A stretch of DNA of 44,857 nt from the sequence record OR861626.1; one strand, written 5' to 3'. The stretch is from Escherichia phage phiA2-1. A program made the position numbers and the translations under genes. Shown piece by piece: positions 25,959 to 34,226 of the stretch; the stretch's first letter is position 1, and every line of letters begins with the position of its first letter. The notes below the pieces were generated by a model. That model did not search any database and was not told where the DNA came from. It worked only from the letters and a program-made list of their open reading frames with translations.

Positions 25959-26434
25959 TTGCTTAACCCGTGATTTTCGTGAAAGTTGTATTTTCTCTCT
26001 GCTTCAATTCTTACTTTATACGCCTGCTCTGGAGTATCGAAGTTCCCAAGGTGTAGCTGCTTGCCGTCAACCTTGATGTGAGCCTTAAATTTTCCGTGAT
26101 TTAGCTTTACCACTCCACAATAACCAGTTGTTGATAAAACGCTAAGATTGCAATTTCTTGAGTTACCTTGATTTGTTGTTACTCTTAGGTTTTCTATTCT
26201 GTTATCTAATTTGTTATGGTTTATATGATCAATGTAGTCGCCATTTTGAAGTTCTCCATTAAACATCTCCCACACAACTCTATGTACATAAGTCCTAAGG
26301 CCATTAACAGACACTTTGTAATAGCCAGATGTAGATAGTGAGTTGCACTCATCGCCAACCTTAACACGTCTTGCAGTGCTAATCTTCCAATGCAATTTGC
26401 CATCTACATAGTAAAAATAATCATGCCAGTTCAT
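25955..26434 (-). CDS. HNH homing endonuclease (HNH plus AP2-like region)
   Basis: Motifs HRVVWEMFNG, IDHINHN, NLRVT; third paralog of the same family. Confidence 0.7.
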   Translation of the reverse strand: MNWHDYFYYVDGKLHWKISTARRVKVGDECNSLSTSGYYKVSVNGLRTYVHRVVWEMFNGELQNGDYIDHINHNKLDNRIENLRVTTNQGNSRNCNLSVLSTTGYCGVVKLNHGKFKAHIKVDGKQLHLGNFDTPEQAYKVRIEAERKYNFHENHGLSK

Positions 26435-26449
26435 TTTCTTCTCTCCAAT

Positions 26450-26480
26450 AAAAAAAGGATGTACCGATTATGGCACATCC
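26450..26480 (-). terminator. Rho-independent terminator (minus strand)
   Basis: GGATGTGCC-ATAATC-GGTACATCC hairpin followed by U7 on the minus strand. Confidence 0.45.
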
Positions 26481-26486
26481 AATTAT

Positions 26487-26960
26487 TTAATCTTTAGCTT
26501 TTCGTGCTGCCTCGTTAGCAATCTTATTCTTGCGCCATGGTCGACATGATGGCTTAGTTGCTAGTTCGGCTTCGGTAACTACGCGAAGCATATGGCGTTT
26601 CTTGCATCGAAGTGTTAGCGGCTTTCCATTCCCGTCGAATTGCAAGTCAGGTCGGCAGAATGTAGCTCGAAAACCTTCCTTATTTCGCTTGTACGCATTG
26701 TGAGCTTTCTGCGCACCTCGAGCTGAAATCATGCCGCGATCAAACCACTGCTCTACAGTCTGGTGAGATACATTTAACTGTTTTGCGATGTTCGCCTTTG
26801 TGCCGTAGAAATCAAGAACCATCTCCAGACGTGCCCTGAGGCCAGCCCTCACCTCATCCTTTAATACGTAGTAACCTGAAGGTCGTTTGCGCTGCTTCTT
26901 GTCTTGTGTGCGTACCGTTCCGTTATTACCGTTAATTGTTCTCTTGTCAATTTCACACAT
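26487..26960 (-). CDS. Putative HTH DNA-binding protein
   Basis: 157 aa, basic; HTH-like segment TKANIAKQLNVSHQTVEQWFDRG. Confidence 0.4.
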   Translation of the reverse strand: MCEIDKRTINGNNGTVRTQDKKQRKRPSGYYVLKDEVRAGLRARLEMVLDFYGTKANIAKQLNVSHQTVEQWFDRGMISARGAQKAHNAYKRNKEGFRATFCRPDLQFDGNGKPLTLRCKKRHMLRVVTEAELATKPSCRPWRKNKIANEAARKAKD

Positions 26961-26972
26961 CTCATTACCTCA

Positions 26973-27040
26973 ATAGCACTTTTTGTTAAACAATAGGTTC
27001 GATAATTGTTATTATACAGCAATGCAACGAACTAACAAAC
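26973..27040 (+). promoter_or_regulatory. Promoter-like cassette
   Basis: ATAGCACTTTTTGTTAAA, ~21-22 nt, TATTAT/ATTATA, upstream of helicase ATG 27057. Confidence 0.45.
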
Positions 27041-27056
27041 TGTCAGGATATTTAAA

Positions 27057-29051
27057 ATGCATCCAGTAGAGCGCTTAGTAGCCAACTTTGATCAAGAGAA
27101 GATTAAGCAGATTCAGAAGGATTATCAGTTTGGAAATATTACGCCGTATCCATTCCAGTGCGTGACATTCGACCAAATAGGTAAGCACATTGCTAAGTAC
27201 GAAGCGCCATTCATAGCAGACCTTTCTGTATCTGCTGGTAAGACAATCATTCTTGCCATGATTGGGAAACGCATGGAGCAGCTTGGCCTTCCTTATATGG
27301 TGCTATCTCGCCAGTCTGAGATTATCAGCCAGAACGCTGAAGAGCTTCGTAACTTCGGCATCCGTAATAGCGTATATTGCGCTGGCCTTAACGTTAAATC
27401 AGTTTACTACCCAACTATAGTGGCTAGTGAGGGAACGGCTGCCAACGGCTTGTTTAAGGGCCTTGGTGACTACGTTCCTGCTGTTATCGCGATAGATGAG
27501 GCGCACATGGTGGACCACATGGATATCGTAGAAGCTGAAGAGAACGAGGAAACATTCGAGCAGATGAGCACAAAGAAAGGTGAGATGGTTTTCAAGGATG
27601 GAGTGAATACCGGATTGCTTGGCACTGGTCGTGCGAAGTACACGCTAATCATTACCGAGATGAAGCGACGCTGCAAAGAGAAGTATGGTCGCGAGCTACG
27701 TATTTTCGGTTTGACTGGTAGCCCGTACCGTAACAACGACCACATTGTAGTTAGTAACCCAAATGTTCGTGGATTCTGGCGTAAGACGGTAATGCAGGTT
27801 CCAACCAGTTACCTTGTTGAATTTGGCTTCGTGGTTCCTACTGTTTACGGCGAGGTTGGCGATTTGGGTTATGACCTTAGTGAGTTCGCGCCTGATGGAA
27901 GTGATGGCGTTAAGGATTTCAGCAAAAAAGAAATGGACGCAATGGCTGAAAAGATTCATGAAAACCAGACCATGACGCAGAAAATTATGAAGTTCGTTAT
28001 CAAGCTACTTGAAACGCGTAACGCCGCATTGGTAACTTGCGCTAGCAAAATGCACTGTAGCGAAGCGGCAGCCGCGCTACCTGATGGCTATCCTTACGCG
28101 ATAATCACTGATTCTACTGGTGAGAAGAAAAGAAGGGAGATTCTCGATGAATGCAATAAAGGAAAGTACAAGATCATATTCCAGATTGGGTGCTTAACAA
28201 CAGGCGTGAACCAACCTTTGTGGGATACTAGTGTGATTCTTCGCAAGATTGGTAGCCTTACACTCATGATTCAGTTACTTGGTAGGGGGATGCGTAAGCT
28301 TAAAAAATGTCACGTTGAAGCTGGATTCCAGAAGGATGACCATGTGGTTCTTGACTTCGCTGGCGCTCTTGATGATATGGCTGAGATTTACTTTGACCCG
28401 ATTATTGAAGAGATTCAGAATGAGAAATTCAAATCATCACGCAATGGTGGAGATGAAGTAAGGATGTGTCCTCAATGTGGTTATGAGAATTCACCGTTCG
28501 CTCGACGTTGCAACAATAAGATAGATGGAGTTAGGTGTGATCACTTCTTTACTTTTGCATTATGTGAAGATATAAAGGATACGCAGACTGGAGTTATTAC
28601 CAAGAAGGGTTGTGGTGCTCGTAACGATATAGCAGCTAAGTGCTGTCGAGAATGCGGCGAGCAAATGAAGGACCCGAATGCCAACCTAACCGGTAAGATG
28701 TACCGCCGCGGAGATTACCTTCGTGTTTACGGATTTGAACTTGGACTTAGCAAGAACCAGTCAGGAATCGTAGTTAAGTACGATATCATGGCTCACACCG
28801 GTGAGCGCTTTAATGCATGGGAATTCTTCAATCCAGAGTCTGAACATAGGGTTTGCAGTGTTCTATGGAAGAACTTTTGCCTTGCTCATATAGAGAGTCG
28901 CGCTGAGGCCACAAGAATTGGCATACTTCGCAATGCGAGAATGATTATGACGAATGCCAGCAAGTTTCGAGCGCCAGTACAAGTTACACACAGAAAAAAC
29001 GGCAAGGGTAAAGATGTTATAGCTCATAAAATATTTGGAGAATTGCAATGA
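27057..29051 (+). CDS. ATP-dependent DNA helicase (SF2, DEAH-type) with C-terminal zinc-ribbon motifs
   Basis: Walker A SAGKT, motif II AIDEAHM, QLLGRGMR; C-terminal CPQCG and CCRECG. Confidence 0.7.
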   Translation: MHPVERLVANFDQEKIKQIQKDYQFGNITPYPFQCVTFDQIGKHIAKYEAPFIADLSVSAGKTIILAMIGKRMEQLGLPYMVLSRQSEIISQNAEELRNFGIRNSVYCAGLNVKSVYYPTIVASEGTAANGLFKGLGDYVPAVIAIDEAHMVDHMDIVEAEENEETFEQMSTKKGEMVFKDGVNTGLLGTGRAKYTLIITEMKRRCKEKYGRELRIFGLTGSPYRNNDHIVVSNPNVRGFWRKTVMQVPTSYLVEFGFVVPTVYGEVGDLGYDLSEFAPDGSDGVKDFSKKEMDAMAEKIHENQTMTQKIMKFVIKLLETRNAALVTCASKMHCSEAAAALPDGYPYAIITDSTGEKKRREILDECNKGKYKIIFQIGCLTTGVNQPLWDTSVILRKIGSLTLMIQLLGRGMRKLKKCHVEAGFQKDDHVVLDFAGALDDMAEIYFDPIIEEIQNEKFKSSRNGGDEVRMCPQCGYENSPFARRCNNKIDGVRCDHFFTFALCEDIKDTQTGVITKKGCGARNDIAAKCCRECGEQMKDPNANLTGKMYRRGDYLRVYGFELGLSKNQSGIVVKYDIMAHTGERFNAWEFFNPESEHRVCSVLWKNFCLAHIESRAEATRIGILRNARMIMTNASKFRAPVQVTHRKNGKGKDVIAHKIFGELQ

Positions 29052-29467
29052 AAATTACAGATAAGGTTGATTACCTTGAGTTCTACGGAGGCGCAGTTGA
29101 GTCATGCCCAAAGGAAGACGACGAACAAATCTTTTGCTCTGACTGGGTTAAGTATAACTATCCGCAAGTTGTTTACTGGCACACAGTTAATGAATCAATG
29201 AAGAGTATTGGTCAGGCAAGGAAAGACCAGGCTAAAGGACTCCTTAAAGGAGTATCAGACTGCTTATTCTTAATACCTGAGTCATTGCGAGGTAGTTATC
29301 CATTTGGAGCCATAGAATTGAAGAGGGCAGGTAAAACACAAGCTAGTCCGGTAAGTGACGAGCAGAAGTCATTCCTAAAAAGTGTAAGAGAATCAGGAGG
29401 TTTCGCCGCTGTAGCCTATGGCAGGGAGGGTTTTCTTGCTGCATTCGAAGAGATGATCAGGAAATAG
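29048..29467 (+). CDS. VRR-NUC-like nuclease (PD-(D/E)XK fold, putative)
   Basis: 139 aa; GVSDCLFLIPE...GAIELKR segment; overlaps helicase stop. Confidence 0.5.
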   Translation: MKITDKVDYLEFYGGAVESCPKEDDEQIFCSDWVKYNYPQVVYWHTVNESMKSIGQARKDQAKGLLKGVSDCLFLIPESLRGSYPFGAIELKRAGKTQASPVSDEQKSFLKSVRESGGFAAVAYGREGFLAAFEEMIRK

Positions 29468-29529
29468 CACGAATCGCTAAAGACGAATCGGTGAGTTGGT
29501 GTATTATCAACTCATCGAAACGAAACACA
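29464..29529 (+). promoter_or_regulatory. Promoter-like cassette
   Basis: ATAGCACGAATCGCTAAAG, 22 nt, TATTAT, ATCGAAACGAAACACAC leader identical to the 19690 copy. Confidence 0.5.
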
Positions 29530-29545
29530 CAAAGAGAGAAACAAA

Positions 29546-29740
29546 ATGGATACTATCTATACTGGAAAAATGTACGAATCACGCAAAACTGGTTACGAGT
29601 ACGAATTAGTTATCACCCAGGAAGGATACGTACTTGATGACAATGATGGTTACGCATTCGAAGTTAGCCCGACTTACAAAGACGATTTAGAAACGGTTAA
29701 AAACCAATTTGGCGAAAAATTTGATGAGGTATCAGAATAA
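29546..29740 (+). CDS. Hypothetical acidic protein
   Basis: 64-aa ORF with GAGAGA RBS-like leader. Confidence 0.35.
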   Translation: MDTIYTGKMYESRKTGYEYELVITQEGYVLDDNDGYAFEVSPTYKDDLETVKNQFGEKFDEVSE

Positions 29741-29961
29741 TGGCAATTTTAACTTTTGACAAGCAGTGGGAGCTATTTAAAGCGATTGCGGCCCAGGAGC
29801 TACACAATGCTGGATATAAAGGTGATGTTTGGGATATGGCTCTATGCCTTGACTACAGCTTTGAGGAAGATTATTTGCGAACTGATATCGAGACGTGGCG
29901 CGAACGCATGGTTGCAGACATTAACGAGATGAAAAAAGATTGCCCGGATGATTTCGAATGA
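29740..29961 (+). CDS. Hypothetical acidic protein
   Basis: 73-aa ORF; start overlaps upstream stop. Confidence 0.35.
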   Translation: MAILTFDKQWELFKAIAAQELHNAGYKGDVWDMALCLDYSFEEDYLRTDIETWRERMVADINEMKKDCPDDFE

Positions 29962-30149
29962 TTGGAATCTGCGTGAAAACAAATGGAAGGTTTACACTTC
30001 TTGAGGATTACGAAGTTAACTTTAATTCAGGTGGCGAAATAATAGTAAAAGGAGACGATGAATTACATTGGTTCCTTAGTTATCAAGGTGATGGCTACTA
30101 CGTGTGTATAGATTGTCACGGAAAAGAGGTAAGTTTCTTGGTTGAATAG
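29958..30149 (+). CDS. Hypothetical small protein (member of a three-copy paralog family)
   Basis: 63 aa; shares C-V...G.G.Y...DG.Y pattern with ORFs at 32292 and 32492. Confidence 0.4.
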   Translation: MIGICVKTNGRFTLLEDYEVNFNSGGEIIVKGDDELHWFLSYQGDGYYVCIDCHGKEVSFLVE

Positions 30150-30210
30150 CACTTTTTGTTAAAAAATAAATCCATGGATGGATTATATTAAAAACATCAA
30201 CAACGCAGAG
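30146..30210 (+). promoter_or_regulatory. Promoter-like cassette
   Basis: ATAGCACTTTTTGTTAAAA, 22 nt, TATATT; box overlaps upstream stop TAG. Confidence 0.45.
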
Positions 30211-30219
30211 GATTAAGAG

Positions 30220-30345
30220 ATGAGAATCGTAGATAAAGAGATGTTCGAGATTGCTCAAATTTATGCGAAGCAAGCAGTTAGAGATAATGACAATTATTGC
30301 TGGATGCTGGCAAAAGAGTATATAAAAATGGCATACGGCTTATGA
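30220..30345 (+). CDS. Small ORF (41 aa), not in ORF track
   Basis: GAGGA RBS 8 nt upstream of ATG; stop overlaps next start (ATGA). Confidence 0.3.
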   Translation: MRIVDKEMFEIAQIYAKQAVRDNDNYCWMLAKEYIKMAYGL

Positions 30346-30584
30346 TAGTTGAAACTGGAAGGGACGCAGTATGGGCGCACTGTGCAGAGGCTGGCATTCA
30401 GGATGACATAAAGATGATATCTAAGTACTTCGACATAAAAGATATCAGCGTCATTTTCAACGGTAAGTTTACATACATGGATGAAAGACCTCGCAAGTAT
30501 GTCAGGGTTAAGCCTGGTGTCACGATAAACACGAATGAGTTCCTGAAAGAGCAGGGATTCAAATTTAAGATAACAAAGGGTTAG
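30342..30584 (+). CDS. Hypothetical protein
   Basis: Track ORF from 30297 (TTG); ATG at 30342 coupled to upstream small ORF. Confidence 0.35.
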   Translation: MIVETGRDAVWAHCAEAGIQDDIKMISKYFDIKDISVIFNGKFTYMDERPRKYVRVKPGVTINTNEFLKEQGFKFKITKG

Positions 30585-30586
30585 CT

Positions 30587-30838
30587 ATGTTTGGATTAGA
30601 TTTTCAGCCTGAACACTATGATTTAGTTCATGGTAGTAGTGGCGACAAGTTTAGAGTGATACCTATTTCTGACTGGTTTCCACCTGACTATGTGGATGTT
30701 AATGCGAAGACAAAGGATGGTAAATGGGTACAGATTTACTATTCTCCAGCGTGCGGAAATTTGTGCATGACTGACCTTGACCAGAAATTAGCAATTAGTG
30801 CGGATTTAATCGACTTCTGGTTGAAAGAAGTTGTATGA
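30587..30838 (+). CDS. Hypothetical protein
   Basis: 83-aa ORF. Confidence 0.35.
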   Translation: MFGLDFQPEHYDLVHGSSGDKFRVIPISDWFPPDYVDVNAKTKDGKWVQIYYSPACGNLCMTDLDQKLAISADLIDFWLKEVV

Positions 30839-30919
30839 AGTACGCCACCCTAGTAGCATTAGTACCACTGTTTAGCTTTACTATCTTATATTTTATCGTG
30901 ATGAACTAAGGACTTGAAA

Positions 30920-32056
30920 ATGGCAGTAGCAAAAATTAGCAACGAGCAGTTGACAGAAGAATTGAGAAATGGCCTAACAAACAAGGCGATTGCGGAGAAG
31001 TATGGCATGAACATTCGCAATGTTGAGCTTCGTCGCAGCAAGTTGGCCAAGAGTGGACTATTCGGGCACGGAAATGAAGGTATCAAGAAGCTAGTGCCTG
31101 ATGGCTATATGGTAAAAGGCACTTCGACAATGATTGATGCGGAAGGGAGAGAGAAGCTGCGCTGGGTTAAGACTTCCATTGATTCAGAAAAACAAGAAGA
31201 GATGCTTCAGCAGATTGTTCAGGCCCTTACTGATGAGGTTCCTCGCGAGGCTCCGAAGCCGCTCAGTGAATCAAGCTATGAGGACACTTTAAGTCTCTAC
31301 CCTGTATTTGATATGCACATTGGCGCGATGGCTCACCATGCGGAGTGCGGAGAAAACTACAGCACAGAAATTGCTGAGCGAGTACTTAACCAGTACTTTG
31401 ATTATGCGGTCGCAAAAGCTCCAAATTCATCGAAGGCCGTGTTACTAATTGGGGGTGACTTCTTGCATTCAGATAGTCTGGAGGCTGTGACACCAACAAG
31501 CAGGCACTCATTAGACCAAGATAGTCGATATCATAAGTTAGTCTATGTTGCTGTGCGATCAACTCGCAGAGCTATCAGCAGGATGCTTGATAAGCACAAG
31601 GAGATTGAGGTGCAAATCATCCCAGGCAACCACGATTTAAGTGGTATGATTTGGCTTCGAGCCGCTATGGCCGCTTTTTACATGGATGAGCCGCGCGTAA
31701 ATGTTGATGCTTCACCAGCAGCGCTTCACGTTACACATTTTGGCAAGACGCTTTTGGGTTATTGTCATGGTCATGAGTTGCGTAAGCCTGACACTCGTCT
31801 TTCAACACTTGCGCGAGACCACCGCAAAGCATTTGGTAGTGCTGAGTATGTTTATACACACAGCGGCCATTACCACCATCAGACAGTTACTGAGGGTAAT
31901 TTAGGTATTGATGAGTCGCACGGACAGTTGGGTTGTAAGGATGCGTACAGCGCAAACGGAGGGTATCGTTCTTATCGTCAGGCTTCAGTAATCATCTATA
32001 GCCCAGAGTATGGTGAAGTTGGTCGATTCACTTGCCGTCCTGAAATGTTTAAGTAA
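30920..32056 (+). CDS. Metallophosphoesterase-domain protein with N-terminal HTH-like region
   Basis: Track ORF from 30914; ATG 30920 after AAGGA; GDFLH, GNHD, GHELR, GHYHH motifs; N-terminal LTNKAIAEKYGMNIRNVELRR. Confidence 0.55.
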   Translation: MAVAKISNEQLTEELRNGLTNKAIAEKYGMNIRNVELRRSKLAKSGLFGHGNEGIKKLVPDGYMVKGTSTMIDAEGREKLRWVKTSIDSEKQEEMLQQIVQALTDEVPREAPKPLSESSYEDTLSLYPVFDMHIGAMAHHAECGENYSTEIAERVLNQYFDYAVAKAPNSSKAVLLIGGDFLHSDSLEAVTPTSRHSLDQDSRYHKLVYVAVRSTRRAISRMLDKHKEIEVQIIPGNHDLSGMIWLRAAMAAFYMDEPRVNVDASPAALHVTHFGKTLLGYCHGHELRKPDTRLSTLARDHRKAFGSAEYVYTHSGHYHHQTVTEGNLGIDESHGQLGCKDAYSANGGYRSYRQASVIIYSPEYGEVGRFTCRPEMFK

Positions 32057-32116
32057 TAGCACTTTTTGTCAAAACATAGCGACTAAAAGTCGCTATTATT
32101 GTTTTATCGAAACGAG
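32056..32116 (+). promoter_or_regulatory. Promoter-like cassette containing a perfect 9-bp-arm palindrome in the spacer
   Basis: ATAGCACTTTTTGTCAAAA, 22 nt (includes ATAGCGACT-AAA-AGTCGCTAT), TATTAT, ATCGAAACGAG leader. Confidence 0.5.
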
Positions 32117-32134
32117 ATGAGAGAGGAAAACAAA

Positions 32135-32275
32135 ATGATTCTAATTGGTATACTGACCGCTTTTTTCTATTATGCTACAGGTCTAACCTTTTTGATGTCC
32201 TTAGGTGCAGCCATAGGTACTTACTTCGTATCTGCTTTACTTGCCTTAATCGTGGGGGCACTGCGCAATCGCTAA
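32135..32275 (+). CDS. Small hydrophobic membrane peptide (46 aa), not in ORF track
   Basis: Hand translation MILIGILTAFFYYATGLTFLMSLGAAIGTYFVSALLALIVGALRNR; GAGAGAGG RBS-like leader. Confidence 0.3.
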   Translation: MILIGILTAFFYYATGLTFLMSLGAAIGTYFVSALLALIVGALRNR

Positions 32276-32291
32276 AATGAGAGAGAAAAAA

Positions 32292-32474
32292 ATGAACAAC
32301 GTTAAACTTAAGTGTGTATCAAACTCATCTAAGTCACTTGATTTTATCACTGGTGACACCTATGAGGCTCAGAATCGTGGCGATGGATTGTACAACGTGA
32401 CCACATCAAAAGGTTGGTGCTTGATTTGCCCACTTGACGGTTATTTCGTTAAGTTTGCTGAAGTTTCAGAATAA
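32292..32474 (+). CDS. Hypothetical small protein (paralog family)
   Basis: Track ORF from 32277; ATG 32292 has the better RBS; similar to 29958 and 32492 ORFs. Confidence 0.4.
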   Translation: MNNVKLKCVSNSSKSLDFITGDTYEAQNRGDGLYNVTTSKGWCLICPLDGYFVKFAEVSE

Positions 32475-32491
32475 ACAATAGAGAACTCAAA

Positions 32492-32665
32492 ATGACTAAA
32501 TTATACTGCGTTAAAAACAACTCAAAAACCCTTCCGTTTACCGAAAACCAGCCATATAGCGGAGAGGCTCTTGGCAGTGGTTACTACAAGATTTACGGCG
32601 ATGACATGACGCACATCCTTGCGCCTATTGATGGCTCTTTAGTGGAATTTATTATCGCAGATTAA
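32492..32665 (+). CDS. Hypothetical small protein (paralog family), not in ORF track
   Basis: Hand translation MTKLYCVKNNSKTLPFTENQPYSGEALGSGYYKIYGDDMTHILAPIDGSLVEFIIAD. Confidence 0.35.
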   Translation: MTKLYCVKNNSKTLPFTENQPYSGEALGSGYYKIYGDDMTHILAPIDGSLVEFIIAD

Positions 32666-32689
32666 CACATTAAAAACATATATTTGCAA

Positions 32690-32717
32690 GTGGGGGGCCT
32701 TTTGGCTCCCCTTTTTG
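32690..32717 (+). terminator. Rho-independent terminator
   Basis: GGGGGGCC-TTTT-GGCTCCCC plus T5. Confidence 0.5.
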
Positions 32718-32720
32718 TGC

Positions 32721-32749
32721 TTACAATCCACACCGGCCTAATGTATTAT
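32721..32749 (+). promoter_or_regulatory. Sigma70-type promoter upstream of lysis genes
   Basis: TTACAA, 17 nt, TATTAT. Confidence 0.4.
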
Positions 32750-32792
32750 ATTTACACTATCTATTGACAAATTAGGATTTTAAGGTGATCAC

Positions 32793-33008
32793 ATGAGGGA
32801 AGTACTTAACGCTGCTACGGCATCAACTGGCGGGGCAGCTGTAACTGGCGCCGCAACTGGTCAAATGACCATCGCAATAATCAGTATTATAGCTCTTGTC
32901 GTTTTTGGGTTATGGGGCGCTTACTGGAAGTTTAAGGATAGCCAGGCAATTAGACGGGCGCTTGAATCAGGAGACCTAAAGAAGGCAATAAAGATAAGGA
33001 GTAAGTAA
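32793..33008 (+). CDS. Holin (pinholin-like)
   Basis: 71 aa; Gly/Ala-rich weak TM segment then strong TM (MTIAIISIIALVVFGLWGAYW); charged C-terminus; directly before endolysin. Confidence 0.6.
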   Translation: MREVLNAATASTGGAAVTGAATGQMTIAIISIIALVVFGLWGAYWKFKDSQAIRRALESGDLKKAIKIRSK

Positions 33009-33493
33009 TGAAGCAGAAGCTTGTGATTAGTGCAGCGACGGCAGCGGCAATATACATCGCAGCGCCGATTATTGAGCTTGTTGAAGGTGTTGAGTACAGG
33101 CCTTATAAGGATATAGCAGGGGTGTGGACAATTTGCAGTGGGATAACTGGCCCAGACGTTATTATCGGAAAGACATACACAAAATCAGAGTGTAGGAGAT
33201 TGTTAGAAAAGCACATTCAGATTCACGGAAAGTATGTGCAGGATGCAGTTACCTATCCAATAGCACCAGAAACAATGGCGGCTTTAATCAGCTTTAGCTA
33301 CAACGTTGGCGGTTCCGCGATGAGGAAGTCAACGGCTGTCAGGTTGATTAACCAGGGTAAGATTGAGGAAGGATGCAAGGCTCTCGGGATGTGGAATAAA
33401 GCTATGGTTAATGGCAAGCTGAAGGTTATCAAGGGCCTAGCAAACAGGCGTAACGAGGAAATCAAATTATGCTTAAGCGGGGTGGGTAAATGA
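33008..33493 (+). CDS. SAR endolysin (T4-lysozyme-like muramidase)
   Basis: N-terminal Ala/Ile-rich SAR-like segment; catalytic-type spacing E-x8-D-x5-T (ELVEGVEYRPYKDIAGVWT). Confidence 0.7.
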   Translation: MKQKLVISAATAAAIYIAAPIIELVEGVEYRPYKDIAGVWTICSGITGPDVIIGKTYTKSECRRLLEKHIQIHGKYVQDAVTYPIAPETMAALISFSYNVGGSAMRKSTAVRLINQGKIEEGCKALGMWNKAMVNGKLKVIKGLANRRNEEIKLCLSGVGK

Positions 33494-33876
33494 GGGCTGT
33501 GGTAATTGCTGCGGTAATTCTGCTTTCCGGCTGTTCGGCAACATCTGCACTGACCGGGTTAATTGGCAGCAAACCGGAGATAAGTGCTCAGGCAGGTGCG
33601 GAGAATAACAAGGTTGGCGTTGGCCTGACTAACAAGGTTGATTCAAGTTCCAGCGCAAAGGCTGAAGTGAAGAACTCAAAGGTTGACACCCTTGATAGCT
33701 CGAGCGGAAAGAAGACTGCTGACAACTCAATCAAAGCGTCAACAATCACGGCAGAGAAGATTGAAATCACCAATAATGATTCGTCTGCCATACCGTGGAT
33801 TGGAAGCGGAATCATGTTGTGCATCATCATCATTCTGCTTTTAGTTATATTCAGGAAAAACAAAAAAGCCCCGTAA
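33490..33876 (+). CDS. Unimolecular spanin (lipoprotein signal plus C-terminal TMD)
   Basis: Lipobox LLSGC at N-terminus; C-terminal TM IMLCIIIILLLVIF; last gene of lysis cassette. Confidence 0.6.
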   Translation: MRAVVIAAVILLSGCSATSALTGLIGSKPEISAQAGAENNKVGVGLTNKVDSSSSAKAEVKNSKVDTLDSSSGKKTADNSIKASTITAEKIEITNNDSSAIPWIGSGIMLCIIIILLLVIFRKNKKAP

Positions 33877-33890
33877 TGGGGCTATTTTTA
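33860..33890. terminator. Bidirectional terminator
   Basis: AGCCCC-GTAA-TGGGGCT flanked by A-run and T-run. Confidence 0.5.
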
Positions 33891-34223
33891 TGCAAACAAT
33901 TCTTCGTCACTCATGGTTGTTATGTTCATCATCTCATTTATATAATCACTAGACTTACCATCAAGACTCATGAGCTCAAACTGGAATGGTCTCTTGCTTG
34001 GACCTTTTGACCAGTAAACACCATTAACTCCATCAAGGTATCCAGCCGTTAGCATTCTCGCCATAAACTCCTTCGAGCAACTTGAGGCAAAGTATCTTTC
34101 ATTAACTCCTGCTGCCTTAGCCATCCTTGCACAATCCTTGTGCTTGTAGATGAATCTTGCGAGGTGCTGGCGGTTGAAGTTTTTGTATCCTTCGCAGAAC
34201 TTGTACACGTCGAGTAGAAACAT
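33888..34223 (-). CDS. Hypothetical protein
   Basis: 111-aa ORF. Confidence 0.35.
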   Translation of the reverse strand: MFLLDVYKFCEGYKNFNRQHLARFIYKHKDCARMAKAAGVNERYFASSCSKEFMARMLTAGYLDGVNGVYWSKGPSKRPFQFELMSLDGKSSDYINEMMNITTMSDEELFA

Positions 34224-34226
34224 CTA

